This document shows, piece after piece, positions 41,755-52,651 of a stretch of DNA of 64,000 nt. The stretch is from Octopus vulgaris (taxonomy: Eukaryota), in NCBI GenBank assembly GCA_951406725.2, contig OX597825.1, positions 10,106,001-10,170,000 of the forward strand. Reading direction: 5' to 3'. The position numbers and the translations under genes were made by a program. The first letter of the stretch is position 1, and each line of letters starts with the position of its first letter. The notes beneath the pieces were generated by a model that did no database searches, was not told the origin of the DNA, and worked only from the letters and a program-made list of their open reading frames with translations.

Positions 41755-42015
41755 TTAAAGGTGTCACAAAAAGGATCTTATTACATGGGCATACCATCTC
41801 AGCATTCTTTTGTTTCTCCATTTTGAGGTCTTCATATGGGGACCAATGTAACGATGCCGGATGTTTTTACAAACTTGCTTATATATATTAAGAGGTCACA
41901 AAATGGATCTTATTTCATGGCCATACCATCTTAGCTTTTTTTTGTTCCCTATTTTGAGGTCTGCACAGGAGGACCAATGTAATGATACTGGATGGTTGTA
42001 CAAACCTGCTCATAA
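41755..42015. repeat. Diverged tandem duplication of ~130 nt
   Basis: GTCACAAAA.GGATCTTATT.CATGG.CATACCATCT...GGACCAATGTAA.GAT occurs twice. Confidence 0.8.
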
Positions 42016-42752
42016 AATATGTAATAAGTGAATAATGAAGTAGCGAGGAGGGAGACCCCTTCGGTCATGAATGACTATGGGACTGCACCTAGAAAGTTAC
42101 CCTCTGAAGCACAAGTCCAGGCAAGATTGTTTATAGAAGACCAGCAGTTGCCAATGCATACCAGCCTCCCCTCTCCATGCCACCAATTTTATCCAAGGGA
42201 AAAGCAAAGGTCGGTACAGCTTGGCACTCATTTCTACAGCTGAGTGAACTGGAGCAATGGGAAATAAAGTGTCTTGCTCAAGAACACAACACACACCTCG
42301 GTCTGGGAATCGAACTCACAACCTCACGATTGTAAGCTCTACGCTCTAACCACTGAGCCATGCTGCTGGCGTTACATTTATTCTATAGTTTATTATAGTT
42401 TATAGTTGTTTCAACAACCAAAACATCATATAGATAGACATGAACAAGAACAACGATATAGTTATAGCCATTGTGTAATGTATATCGCATAACATCCACA
42501 GCCATCGAATCATAACCAAATAAATATAATTCAAAAACAAACTTTTTTTCACTTAAATTGGAAGAACCTGACACTCTTGGAGAAGTTCCTGGATTCAAGT
42601 AAAAGATTCCAGTTCAAGAATCTCACTTATCATCACCATCCTTTAATGTTCATATTCCACTTATATATGTGTGTATGTGTGTATTATACATACTCACAGA
42701 TTTATCACAAACTCTTTGTAGCTTTCTGTCTCTGCCTCATTAATATAAATAA

Positions 42753-43131
42753 CTAGCAGTATCGCCCGGCGTTGCTTGGGTTTGTTTCGACCCTTTAGAA
42801 TTGGAATTTTTGAAAAGTAAAAATTCTGCATTATGTAGCTTGTTATTCTCTTTAAGTGAACATTTTTCTGGTTGAAATACATCGAAAAATGGTGACACAG
42901 CAGTCAAAAGATTGTAAAAAATAGGGATTTTCATAGAAAAAAAGCACCTTTTTGATGTAAATAATTTTTGGTGTTAACATTATTTGATTTGAATTTTTTC
43001 TTCTGCGGAATGAAGAGCAAGCCTTCTTCTATCATACTCTCAATTTTGGTCAACTTGTGCCACAGGGTCTCGAAGGAGATAATGTTAGTTGAAGCCATAC
43101 ACAGACCACTTCAGCTTTATATAATGAAAGA
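42753..43131 (-). mobile_element. Non-autonomous Helitron-like element
   Basis: Minus strand starts A|TC, ends with hairpin CCCAAGCAACGCCGGG about 8 nt before CTAG|T; no TSD. Confidence 0.65.
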
Positions 43132-43579
43132 TTAATGATATATCATCATCGTTTAGCGTCCGCTTTCCATACTAGCATGGGTTGGACAGTTCAACTAGGG
43201 TCTGGGAAGCCAGAAGGTTGCACCAGGCCCAGTCTGATCTGGCAATGTTTCTACGGCTGGATGCCCTTCCTAACGCCAACCACTCTGTGAGTGTAGTGGA
43301 TGCTTTTTACGTACCACCGGCACAGGGGCCAAACGAGCCTGGCAAACGGCCACGATCGGATGGTGCTTTTTACGTGCCACTGGCACGGGGGCCAGGCTAG
43401 GATGGCAACAGCCACGAACGGATAGTACTTTTTACGTGCCACTGGCACGAGGCCAGTCGGGGCGGCGCTGGCAACGACACAAGGTTTATTAATATTCATA
43501 ATAGATGTTTAATATTACTCATTATTACATTCCTTAAGTGACCTTCTCTCACCACACTCTGTTTGTTTTTCTATTACAG

Positions 43580-43672
43580 TATGTTCCAAAACTAACACCA
43601 TCATTGATGAATGAATTGGACAAATTACTTGGCAACAAACCTCTTTCACGCAAGGAGCATCCACCCAGGTGA
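43580..43672 (+). CDS. KCNAB: Kv-beta terminal coding exon, up to first stop (TGA)
   Basis: attacag|TAT; YVPKLTPSLMNELDKLLGNKPLSRKEHPPR*. Aligns by eye with the Kv-beta2 C-terminus ([29 protein letters not shown]). The 11 exons sum to 909 nt = 302 aa + stop. Confidence 0.95.
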   Translation, partial: YVPKLTPSLMNELDKLLGNKPLSRKEHPPR

Positions 43673-43879
43673 CTAGACTTGGATAGGGCGGCTGGAGGGG
43701 GTGGTAGTGGCAGCGGAACCGCTGCCGGTGCCGCTGCCGGGAGCTCAGCTAACGCTGGCACTTCAGGACAATCCGGCAGCAGCAGTGGTGCCACCACCAC
43801 CCACCACGTCAGCCACATGCCCTCACGACATGCCCACCACCATAACGATGCAGCACCACCTCCATGTTCTATCCAGTAG
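43673..43879 (+). CDS. KCNAB: Predicted stop-codon readthrough extension (68 codons after the UGA) ending in CaaX CSIQ
   Basis: TGA-CTAG context. In-frame LDLDRAAGGGGSGSGTAAGAAAGSSANAGTSGQSGSSSGATTTHHVSHMPSRHAHHHNDAAPPPCSIQ-TAG, followed by ACT-TAG. Confidence 0.75.
   Translation, partial: LDLDRAAGGGGSGSGTAAGAAAGSSANAGTSGQSGSSSGATTTHHVSHMPSRHAHHHNDAAPPPCSIQ
43679..43876 (+). promoter_or_regulatory. Putative readthrough-stimulating long-range RNA stem
   Basis: 43679-43703 pairs with 43854-43876: 12 bp (4 G-U), 2-nt bulge, 6 bp, 1 mismatch, 4 bp. Confidence 0.65.
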
Positions 43880-43945
43880 ACTTAGATATATATATATCAT
43901 AGCATTGTCGCTCCTCCATGAACCGTCACCTCTTCCACTGCCATC

Positions 43946-44230
43946 ATCACCACCACCACCACCACCACCACCACCACTACCACTGCCAACGCCACCACCT
44001 CCACCACCACCACCGCCACCACCATGCCACCACCACCACCATGCCATCATCATCATTTCCATTGCCTCTGAGAAACAGAAAAGGAAACAAATCCAAGCCT
44101 GTACCCCAGCTCCCCCCCCCCCAGCGCATGCATTCTCATTGTTATAGACATAGCAGTCAACATTGTTGTTGTTGTTACTGCTACTACAACTGTTGTTGTT
44201 GTTGTTGATGATGACATTATTGTTGTTGTT

Positions 44231-44266
<36 letters not shown>

Positions 44267-44267
44267 A
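43946..44267. repeat. (CCA)n and (TTG)n tracts in the proximal 3' UTR
   Basis: Direct reading. Confidence 0.9.
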
Positions 44268-45169
44268 TCAAATGAGGTGCTAGGGTGAAGAATTGAGCAG
44301 AAATGGCAGAGTTCCAAACTAAATGATTTTTTGCAGAAAATATTTAGTTTTACACCTTCTGCATAATTTCTAACTCCTGATAAAAAACGAAGTCGATTTG
44401 ATCTATTATACCATGGGATTATCAAATTACATACAGTCATACGCTGAGGGCAGGGGTACTTGATTCAGATATTTGCCCTTCTCTACAAATAAGTTTTTGT
44501 AAACAAATCTAAGAAATTTATTTGGCAGAAACAAAAAATTAAATTTCTTGAAATATTTAATTAAATCTGTTTTATTTTTCTGAATTCAACTCTTAACAAA
44601 ACTGGATGTTATTCTATAATGATGATAACAGTCAAGTCTATAGAATCTAAATTTATTTACAACCTTCACTTATTTAAAGATATCTCATGATCAGGGTTTA
44701 GAGGATTAAATCGACTTCTCCCCACATATTCCAAATTAATGTCCTTGTGCTTATTTCTTAATTATTTAATTATTTAATCATGCCACCAATAAATGCATGA
44801 TATATATACATATTAGTTTAACCATTTCAGTTAAGTCTTGGTTTGTATTTGATTTAAATAGCAATTGCTATTCTGATCTCTTTGTAAGCAGATGAATAAG
44901 GGGGCACTTATCTTCTGGAAAGTGGCTAATCAGCTATAAAACATATCCAAATAATCTCCTTTATTTTTCTGTGTACAAAGAGAATAACATGATTTATGTA
45001 CATTTGTTTAATTTCTCCAGCACAGATATTTTATAAACTGTAGGCAACTACATTAAATTTATCTGAGATTTTTTCTAATACATACTGTTTGAATATAAAA
45101 TATTTATTATTTTATTTTATTTTTATCATTATTTCTTTTTGTAATCTTATTTTAGTGTGTGTTTTTTTT

Positions 45170-45540
45170 ACTGCACGACTGAGTACAACTCCATATTCCT
45201 CGGGTGTATGAAGTATTTTGCTTTAGTTTCATGTTTTCTGTTTTTTACACAGAATTCTTCACAATATGTGTGCAGTGTCTAGTTGCACTATTTTCTGTAT
45301 ATTGTTCATATTTGTAAGTTATAGGGTTTGGGGTATACATTTACCAGTATATATTTCTTTTTTTCATCATTCTCAAAACACCTATAATTACAGGGGGTCC
45401 CTTTTATAACCACAAGGGTTTCCTTCTGTTTTCAGTCCCCATGCTCCGTTATCTCAATTTCCAGATATTTATATCGACATAATTTCTGATTCATTTACAC
45501 CTTCATCGTTAGCAGTTGGAAATTGAGTCTTTAATTAAGG
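45170..45540 (-). mobile_element. RLE-type (R4/Dong-like) LINE 3' relic
   Basis: Minus strand ...KLCRYKYLEIEIT../WGLK.../IQKIVQLDTAHIL*RIL, like the K..KY..L..E...W and QK...LGTAHILR motifs of RLE LINE C-termini. Confidence 0.65.
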
Positions 45541-45592
45541 TAACATTAATATTCTGATTGTTGTTGTTGTTATTACCATTATTATTATTATG

Positions 45593-45630
<38 letters not shown>

Positions 45631-46070
45631 TAAGGCGGCAAGCTGGCAGAATCATTAGCACGCCGGGCAAAATGCTTAGCGGTATTTCACCCGTCGCTAC
45701 GTTCTGAGTTCAAATTCCGCCGAGGTCAGCTTTGCCTTTCATCCTTTCAGGGTCGATAAATTAAGTACCAGTTGCATACTGGGGTCAATCTAATTGACTG
45801 GCCCCCTCCCCCAAAATTTCAAGCCTTGTGCCTAGAGTAGAAAAGAATATATTTATTTACTAAGGCAGCAAGCTGGCAGAAATGTTAGCACACTGGGCAA
45901 AATGCTTAGTGGTTTTTCACCCATCGCTATATTCTGAGTTCAAATTCTGCCAAGGCCGACTTTGCCTTTCATTCTTTCGGGATTGATAAATTAAGGACCA
46001 GTGAAAGACTGGGGTCGATGTAATTGACTGGTCCCCTCCCGCAAAACTTCAGGCCTTGTGCCTAGAGTTG

Positions 46071-46101
<31 letters not shown>

Positions 46102-46835
46102 GCAACAGTAGCAGTATTTCATCTGATTTTACATTCTTAGTTCAAATTCTGCTGAGGTCAATTTGCGTTTCATCCTCCCAGGGTCAATAAAATGAGTACC
46201 ACTTGATCACTGGGGTTGAAGTAATCAACTTACCCCACCCCTCAAAATTGCTGGCCTTAAGCCAAAATTTGAAATCATCATCATCATCTTCATCATCATC
46301 TTCATCATCATCATCATCATCATCATCATTATTATTACTATTATTATTATCATCATCATCATTGTAGCAAGGTGGCAGAATCGTTAGCACGCCAGGCAAA
46401 ATATTCAGCAGCATTTTGTTCGCCTTTGCGTTCTGAGTTCAAATCCCATTGAGGTCAACTTTGCCTTTCATCCTTTCAGGGTTGATAATGTGAGTACCAG
46501 TCATGTACTGGGGGGTTGATGTAATTGACTTACCTCACTCCAAAATTGCTGGCCTTTTACCAAAATTTGAAGCCATTATTATTATTATTGAAAATCGGTA
46601 GAGCACCAAAGAAACAAAATGCTTTGAGGAATTTTAACTTCACTGTTTTGATTTCAAGTCCCAACAGTGTTAACTTTGCCTTTCATCCTTGTTGTATCAA
46701 GAAAAAAAAGATACCAGTTATACACTGAGGTTGATTTAATCAACTCTACTCCTCCATCGCCCTTTCTGGGTTGTTCCAACATTATTATTTTGTCTATTAT
46801 GAAAGACTCTTGAATAGTTCTTAATTACCAGTTTA

Positions 46836-46890
<55 letters not shown>

Positions 46891-47929
46891 GGTGGTGAGC
46901 TGGCAGAATCGTTAGCACGCCGGGCAAAATGCTTAACAGTATTTCACCCATCTTTACATTCTGAGTTCAAATTCTTATCTCTTTATTGCCCACAAGGGGC
47001 TAAACACAGAAGGGACAAACAAGGACAGATAAATGGATTAAGTCGATTACATCGACCCATGTGTGTAACTGGTACTTAATTTATCGACCCCGAAAGGTTG
47101 AAAGGCAAAGTTGACCTCGGCGAAATTTGAACTCAGAACATAACAGCAGACGAAATACCGCTAAGCATTTTGCCCAGCATGCTCACGTTTCTGTCAGCTT
47201 GCCTCTGAGTTCAAATTCTGCCGAGGTTGACTTTGCCTTTCATCCTTTCAGGGTCAATAAAATAAGTACCAGTTGAGTACTGGGGTCAATGCAATCGACT
47301 TACCCTGTCCCCAAAATTACTGGCCTAGTGCCAAAATTTGAAATCATTGCTATAGTTATTGTTATTATTATTATTCAACTTGACATGATAAGTGTCTGAA
47401 TGTCAATTTTTCAAAGGGAAAATAATCTTTACTTGAGTTCAATTGTTGTTGTTAATTGTTCGTAATTAGACAATGAGAAAAGAAGGGAGGTGGGAAGGTT
47501 AGTGGATGGGGAAGGTGGCAGTGGTCAGAGAGTGAAAAACCACGGAATTAAATCAAAGATAAAATCGAAATGTTTTTAACAAGTTAGAGTGTTACACTCG
47601 AAATATTTAACAATTCTTTCTAATTTTTGCACAAGGCCGGCAATTTCGAGGAGAGAGGCAAATGAAACTATGAATCTCTATACCAAAATAGAAATATGAA
47701 ATTTCCATGTTTCTCGTGCATGTTTTTCATTGGATTAGCAGAATCATTAGAACATCAACTTCTGGTTCTTCCATCCTAAGATCAAATCCTGCCACATTCA
47801 AATTTGCCTTTTATTCTTTCAGGGTCAATAAAACAAAATATCAGTCAAGTACTGGTTTTGACAATATCAGCTAATGCCCTTCTCCTCAGAATTGCTGGCC
47901 TTGGCCCTAAACTAGAAACCATTACATTA

Positions 47930-48080
47930 CATTATTTACATTATTTACATTCGACGGATATTTGTCCTCATCTTGTTTGTTGTTAACACAACGTTTCGGG
48001 TGATATACCCTCCAGCCTTCTTCAGGTGTCTTGGGGAAATTTCAAACCTGGGTTCTCATTCCTAAGGTATTTTTCAATAT
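47930..48080 (-). mobile_element. Penelope-like terminal fragment with minimal hammerhead motif
   Basis: CUGAAGA...GAAACGUU core and (TGTAAATAA)n end. Related ends at ~31870-31927 and ~48828-48885. Confidence 0.55.
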
Positions 48081-48673
48081 TATTATTATTATCATTATTA
48101 TTATTATCATTATTATTATTATTATTATTATTATTGAGGGAGAGAGCCGTGCATGCAATCAAAGTGACACTGGGGTAAAATATACGAAGCCCAATATACC
48201 CATCATGACTACCCGTCTGATAAGGGGACACCAGGCACATGCATCACAACCATATGTGTGTGACATGGTGATCTCATATCAAGATAAACAGCACATGGCC
48301 TTGCAGGTGGGGCCCAGTTAGAATTTTCTTCTGGTCGAGTAACCCATCGTGCTCAAAAGGTCCCTGAATAAGGGTTGTTTAAGGATGATGAACAAAACAC
48401 CCATGTTTCCAGAGGTGAGTTGTTCAAACTCCAAAGAACCCCTCTCAACACATGGCTATGATGCTCATGATCAGAGATGCACTTATCGCCAGCCACTAAG
48501 GGATATGCTTAACTGGATAAGGTCAAACAACTGACAAGCAAATCTGAGGTATTGAGCAGAATATTTGCTGTAGCCCATCTTTTATACCAAGACAAAACAA
48601 TGTACATGATAACACTTCCAATCAGTTAAGATCAGAAGCCATGACAGCCAACGCCTGGTACTGCATCAGGGTA

Positions 48674-48725
<52 letters not shown>

Positions 48726-50079
48726 GTTATTGGTCAGGTCACTGCTTGGAATTGAACTCAGAATCTCAGGGTCAATAGCCTGCACTTTTAACCACTATGC
48801 CAATATGCTCCTCATCAAGACACTCATCAAGATGAGAACAAATATCCATTGCATGTAAATAATGCAAATAATGTAAATAATGTACATAATTCCACATCTC
48901 TTAAATAGAGAACTGTAGAAACCATTATTTAAAAAGTGGGAACAAAAACGATAATGAGTGCGCAAGAGGGCTGGCAGAGGAAATTTCGAAGGATGTAACT
49001 AAATACTGCAATGTATCTAGTATTTCTGTCCTCCTTGGACTTCAAATGTTTCCAGAACATTTTCAATAAAGAACAGCAGTAGACTGACTCCCATTGAGTT
49101 GGTTATTCCACCTGTCTTAACCCTTTCGTTACCATATTCATTTTGAGGTGTTCTGTGTTTCTTTCAATTAATTTTAAATGATAAAGAATTTAGTAAAATA
49201 ACTTAGTTGTTATCATTAAGCTAGTGTTAGGAACATAAACTGTGACTAAGGTTTGGTGGAAGATTTTAATGAAAAATTTATGAAAACAAGACATTTATAC
49301 TACAGAGCCAGAGCTGGATTTGGCCTGGTTGGTAACGAAAGGGTTAAATATACAAGAGTGAGTCAGAAAGTAATGCCGTTTTTATTTGCATTTCTTTTTA
49401 ACTTACAGAATTGTATTTACAGAAACAGGTCAAAATTAATGCATACCAAAGCTGCATTATTTTCTGACTCACCCTCATAATTATGGTCTCACACCATACA
49501 CAGAATTATTTTTAAGGAGGTGAGGAAGATGGCTGTGATTTCTTATAAGACTCTATAATAAAAATAATAATGAAATTATTGTATACAGTGCTCAGGTGCA
49601 CCACAACTTGTCAAAAGTGCATATAAAGCATATGTTTTACAGCTATGTTTTACATCTCTTGGTTTTAGGGTAGAACCGGGGACTCTGATATATTTAATTT
49701 AACCTGATGAGTAAGAAAAATAGTTGTACCAGTAATATACTGTGTGTCATTCAATTGACTATAGTCCCGTCTATCGCATCAATTGAGAATTACAATAGAT
49801 AACATGGGACATTACTAATTATCTTCTTAAAACATATTTAGTATTTCTCAAGGGATTGTGAGAGTTATTTCATTTAATGAACTGATGCTTTTGGGAAAGG
49901 CATGAAAGTCACAAACTCTCTTTCTATATAACCTAGTGATTATAAATATGTAACCATTATCAATTTTAATAATATGATATAATATATATGTTTTAAAATG
50001 GGAGGCCCCAATAACTTTTATATTCAAAGTTCCAGAATGGGTTTAATTTCTTATATACCAATTTCGCTCCTACAGAAGT

Positions 50080-50127
<48 letters not shown>

Positions 50128-50186
50128 AAGTATGGGGGTTTAGTTCACAGGTGATCTAAACAATTAGGTACGTCCTGTTTAACAAT

Positions 50187-50261
<75 letters not shown>

Positions 50262-52443
50262 TGTTGTAAGATTCCTGGTGTGAAGCCAGGCTGTTCCGTT
50301 GATCAGATCAACTGGAACCTCAGAGGGCCAACAATATATATATATATATATATATATTAATAGTAATAGTATGACAACAAAAGAATGAATGAGACCTCGA
50401 TTATTTGGTTGCAATAATAAAACCCTGAATTTCGGATTTTGGGGCAGAAATCAGCTCCGGCATCTCGTCAGTTATGATTTCTGCCCCGACATCCAAAACT
50501 CTGAGTTTTATTATGGCAACCGAATAATTGTCATATATTACATTACAAGAGCATGATCGTTGCCAGAGTGGCTAACTGGTTCCGTGCCAGTGGCATGTAA
50601 AAAGCACCATTCGAGCGTGATCATTACCTGTGTTACCAGCGTCAATTTACTGGCACTTGTGCCAGTGGCACGTGAAAAAACATTCAAGTGAGGTCGTTGC
50701 TAGTGCCGCTGGACTGGCTCCTGTGCAGGTGGCAAGTAAAAGACACCATTTGAGTGTGGTCGTTGCCAGTACTGTTGGAAAAATTAAAAGATAAGTTTTT
50801 AAAAGAATATTTGCATAGTATTCAAATACAAGGGGCATTTTCCTTTTTTCTGTCTCTCTTGTTTACTCTTGTGGGTTCGAGATAGTTGTGAATTCTTGGT
50901 AGGGAAGAAGAACACCCTACAACTATCATACTACCTACATTCGTTCTTATTCTCCCTTCTCTTTCTCCTTCTTCTTCTTCTTCTTCTTCTTCTTCCTCTC
51001 CGCCACCTCCTTCTTAACTTTACCACTATTGCTGTTTAGAGTAACACCTCTTTTACTCTTTACTCTTTTACTTGTTCCAGTCATTTGACAGTGGCCATGC
51101 TGGAGCACTGCATTTAGTTGAGTAGATCAACCCCAGGACTTATACTTTGTAAGCCTAGTACTTATTCTATCAGTTTACGGGGATGTAAACACACCAGCAT
51201 TGGTTGTCAAGTGATGTTTGGAGGACAAATACAGACACACAAACATATACACACACATGCATATATATATATATAAACGCGTATATATACATATATATGA
51301 CGGGCTTCTTTCACTTTCTGTCTACCAAATCCACTCACAATGCTTTGGTCAGCCCGAGGCTATAGTAGAAGACACCTACCCAAGGTTCCACACAGTGGGA
51401 CTGAACCCAGAACCACGTGGTTGGTAAGCAAGCTACTTACCACACGGCCACTATGCAAATTTTATAAACAAAACATTCAAAAGAGATGTCTAAATAATTC
51501 AGTCACTACTACCATCCACAACAGTCACTTTCAGGGCACTTGTCCATTTAACATACTACTGCTGCATTCTTCTTCTTCTTCTTTTCCTTCTTCTTCTTCT
51601 TCTCCTTCTTCTTCTTCTTCCCTACCACGAATTCACAACGACCTCAAACTCACAAGAGTAAACAAGGGAAACAGAGACAGGCAGAAACAAATAAAATGCC
51701 CCTTGTATTTGAACACTATGCAAATATTCTTTTAAAAAACTTTTCTTTTAATTTTTCCAAAATTTAATTGTTTTCCATACTCACAGTTGAAAACGTCTCA
51801 ATGACTGAAACCGTTACTGAAATGTTTTTTGTAAAATTAATTTAGCATTTTCTATCTTGACTTTTTTTTTCCATACATATCAACTCGTGTATTCCTTTTC
51901 AACCTTCTACATATATATATATATATATATGGTTCTGGGTTCAGTCCCACTGCATGCCACCTTGGATAAGTGTTTTATCTCATAGCCTTGGGCTGACTAA
52001 AGATTTATCAATGGATTTGAGAGATGGAAACTGAGAGAAGCTTGTCATATATATACAGGCGCAGGAGTGGCTGTGTGGTAAGTAGCTTGTTTACCAACCA
52101 CACAGTTCTGGGTTCAGTCCCACTGCATGGAACCATGGGCAAGTGTCTTCTACTATAGCCTCGGGCCGACCAAAGCCTTGTAAGTGGATTTGGTAGACGG
52201 AAACTGAAAGAAGCCCGTCGTATATATGTATATATATATATATGCATGTGTGTGTTTGTCCCCCTAGCATTGCTTGACAACCGATACTGGTGTGTTTATG
52301 TCCCCGTTACTTAGCGGTTCGGCAAAAGAGACCGATAGAATATGTACTGGGCTTACAAAAGAATAAGTCCCGGGGTCAAGTTGCTCGATTAAAGGCGGTG
52401 CTCCAGCATGGCCGCAGTCAAATGACTGAAACAAGTAAAAGAG

Positions 52444-52484
<41 letters not shown>

Positions 52485-52605
52485 GAGCGTAGGCTCGAAA
52501 CGTTAAAGACTTGTTTTATTTATATTTCCTGAGCACCATACTAATACAATTGTTCGTTTGTTTTCCACCTGCCTTCGTCTTTTGTTTATTTTCATAAAGC
52601 TTCCC

Positions 52606-52651
<46 letters not shown>

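Noticed and set aside
43670-43672. UGA as selenocysteine
   Set aside because: It falls at the homologous C-terminus rather than a catalytic Cys position, and I could not recognise a SECIS element (not computationally excluded).
43701-44440. Overlapping Pro/His/Gly-rich ORFs on both strands
   Set aside because: Derived from (CCA)n and (TTG)n tracts. Only the frame continuous with Kv-beta has supporting signals.
49700-49725. CTGATGAG hammerhead core
   Set aside because: No stem II or appropriately placed GAAA/stem I partner.
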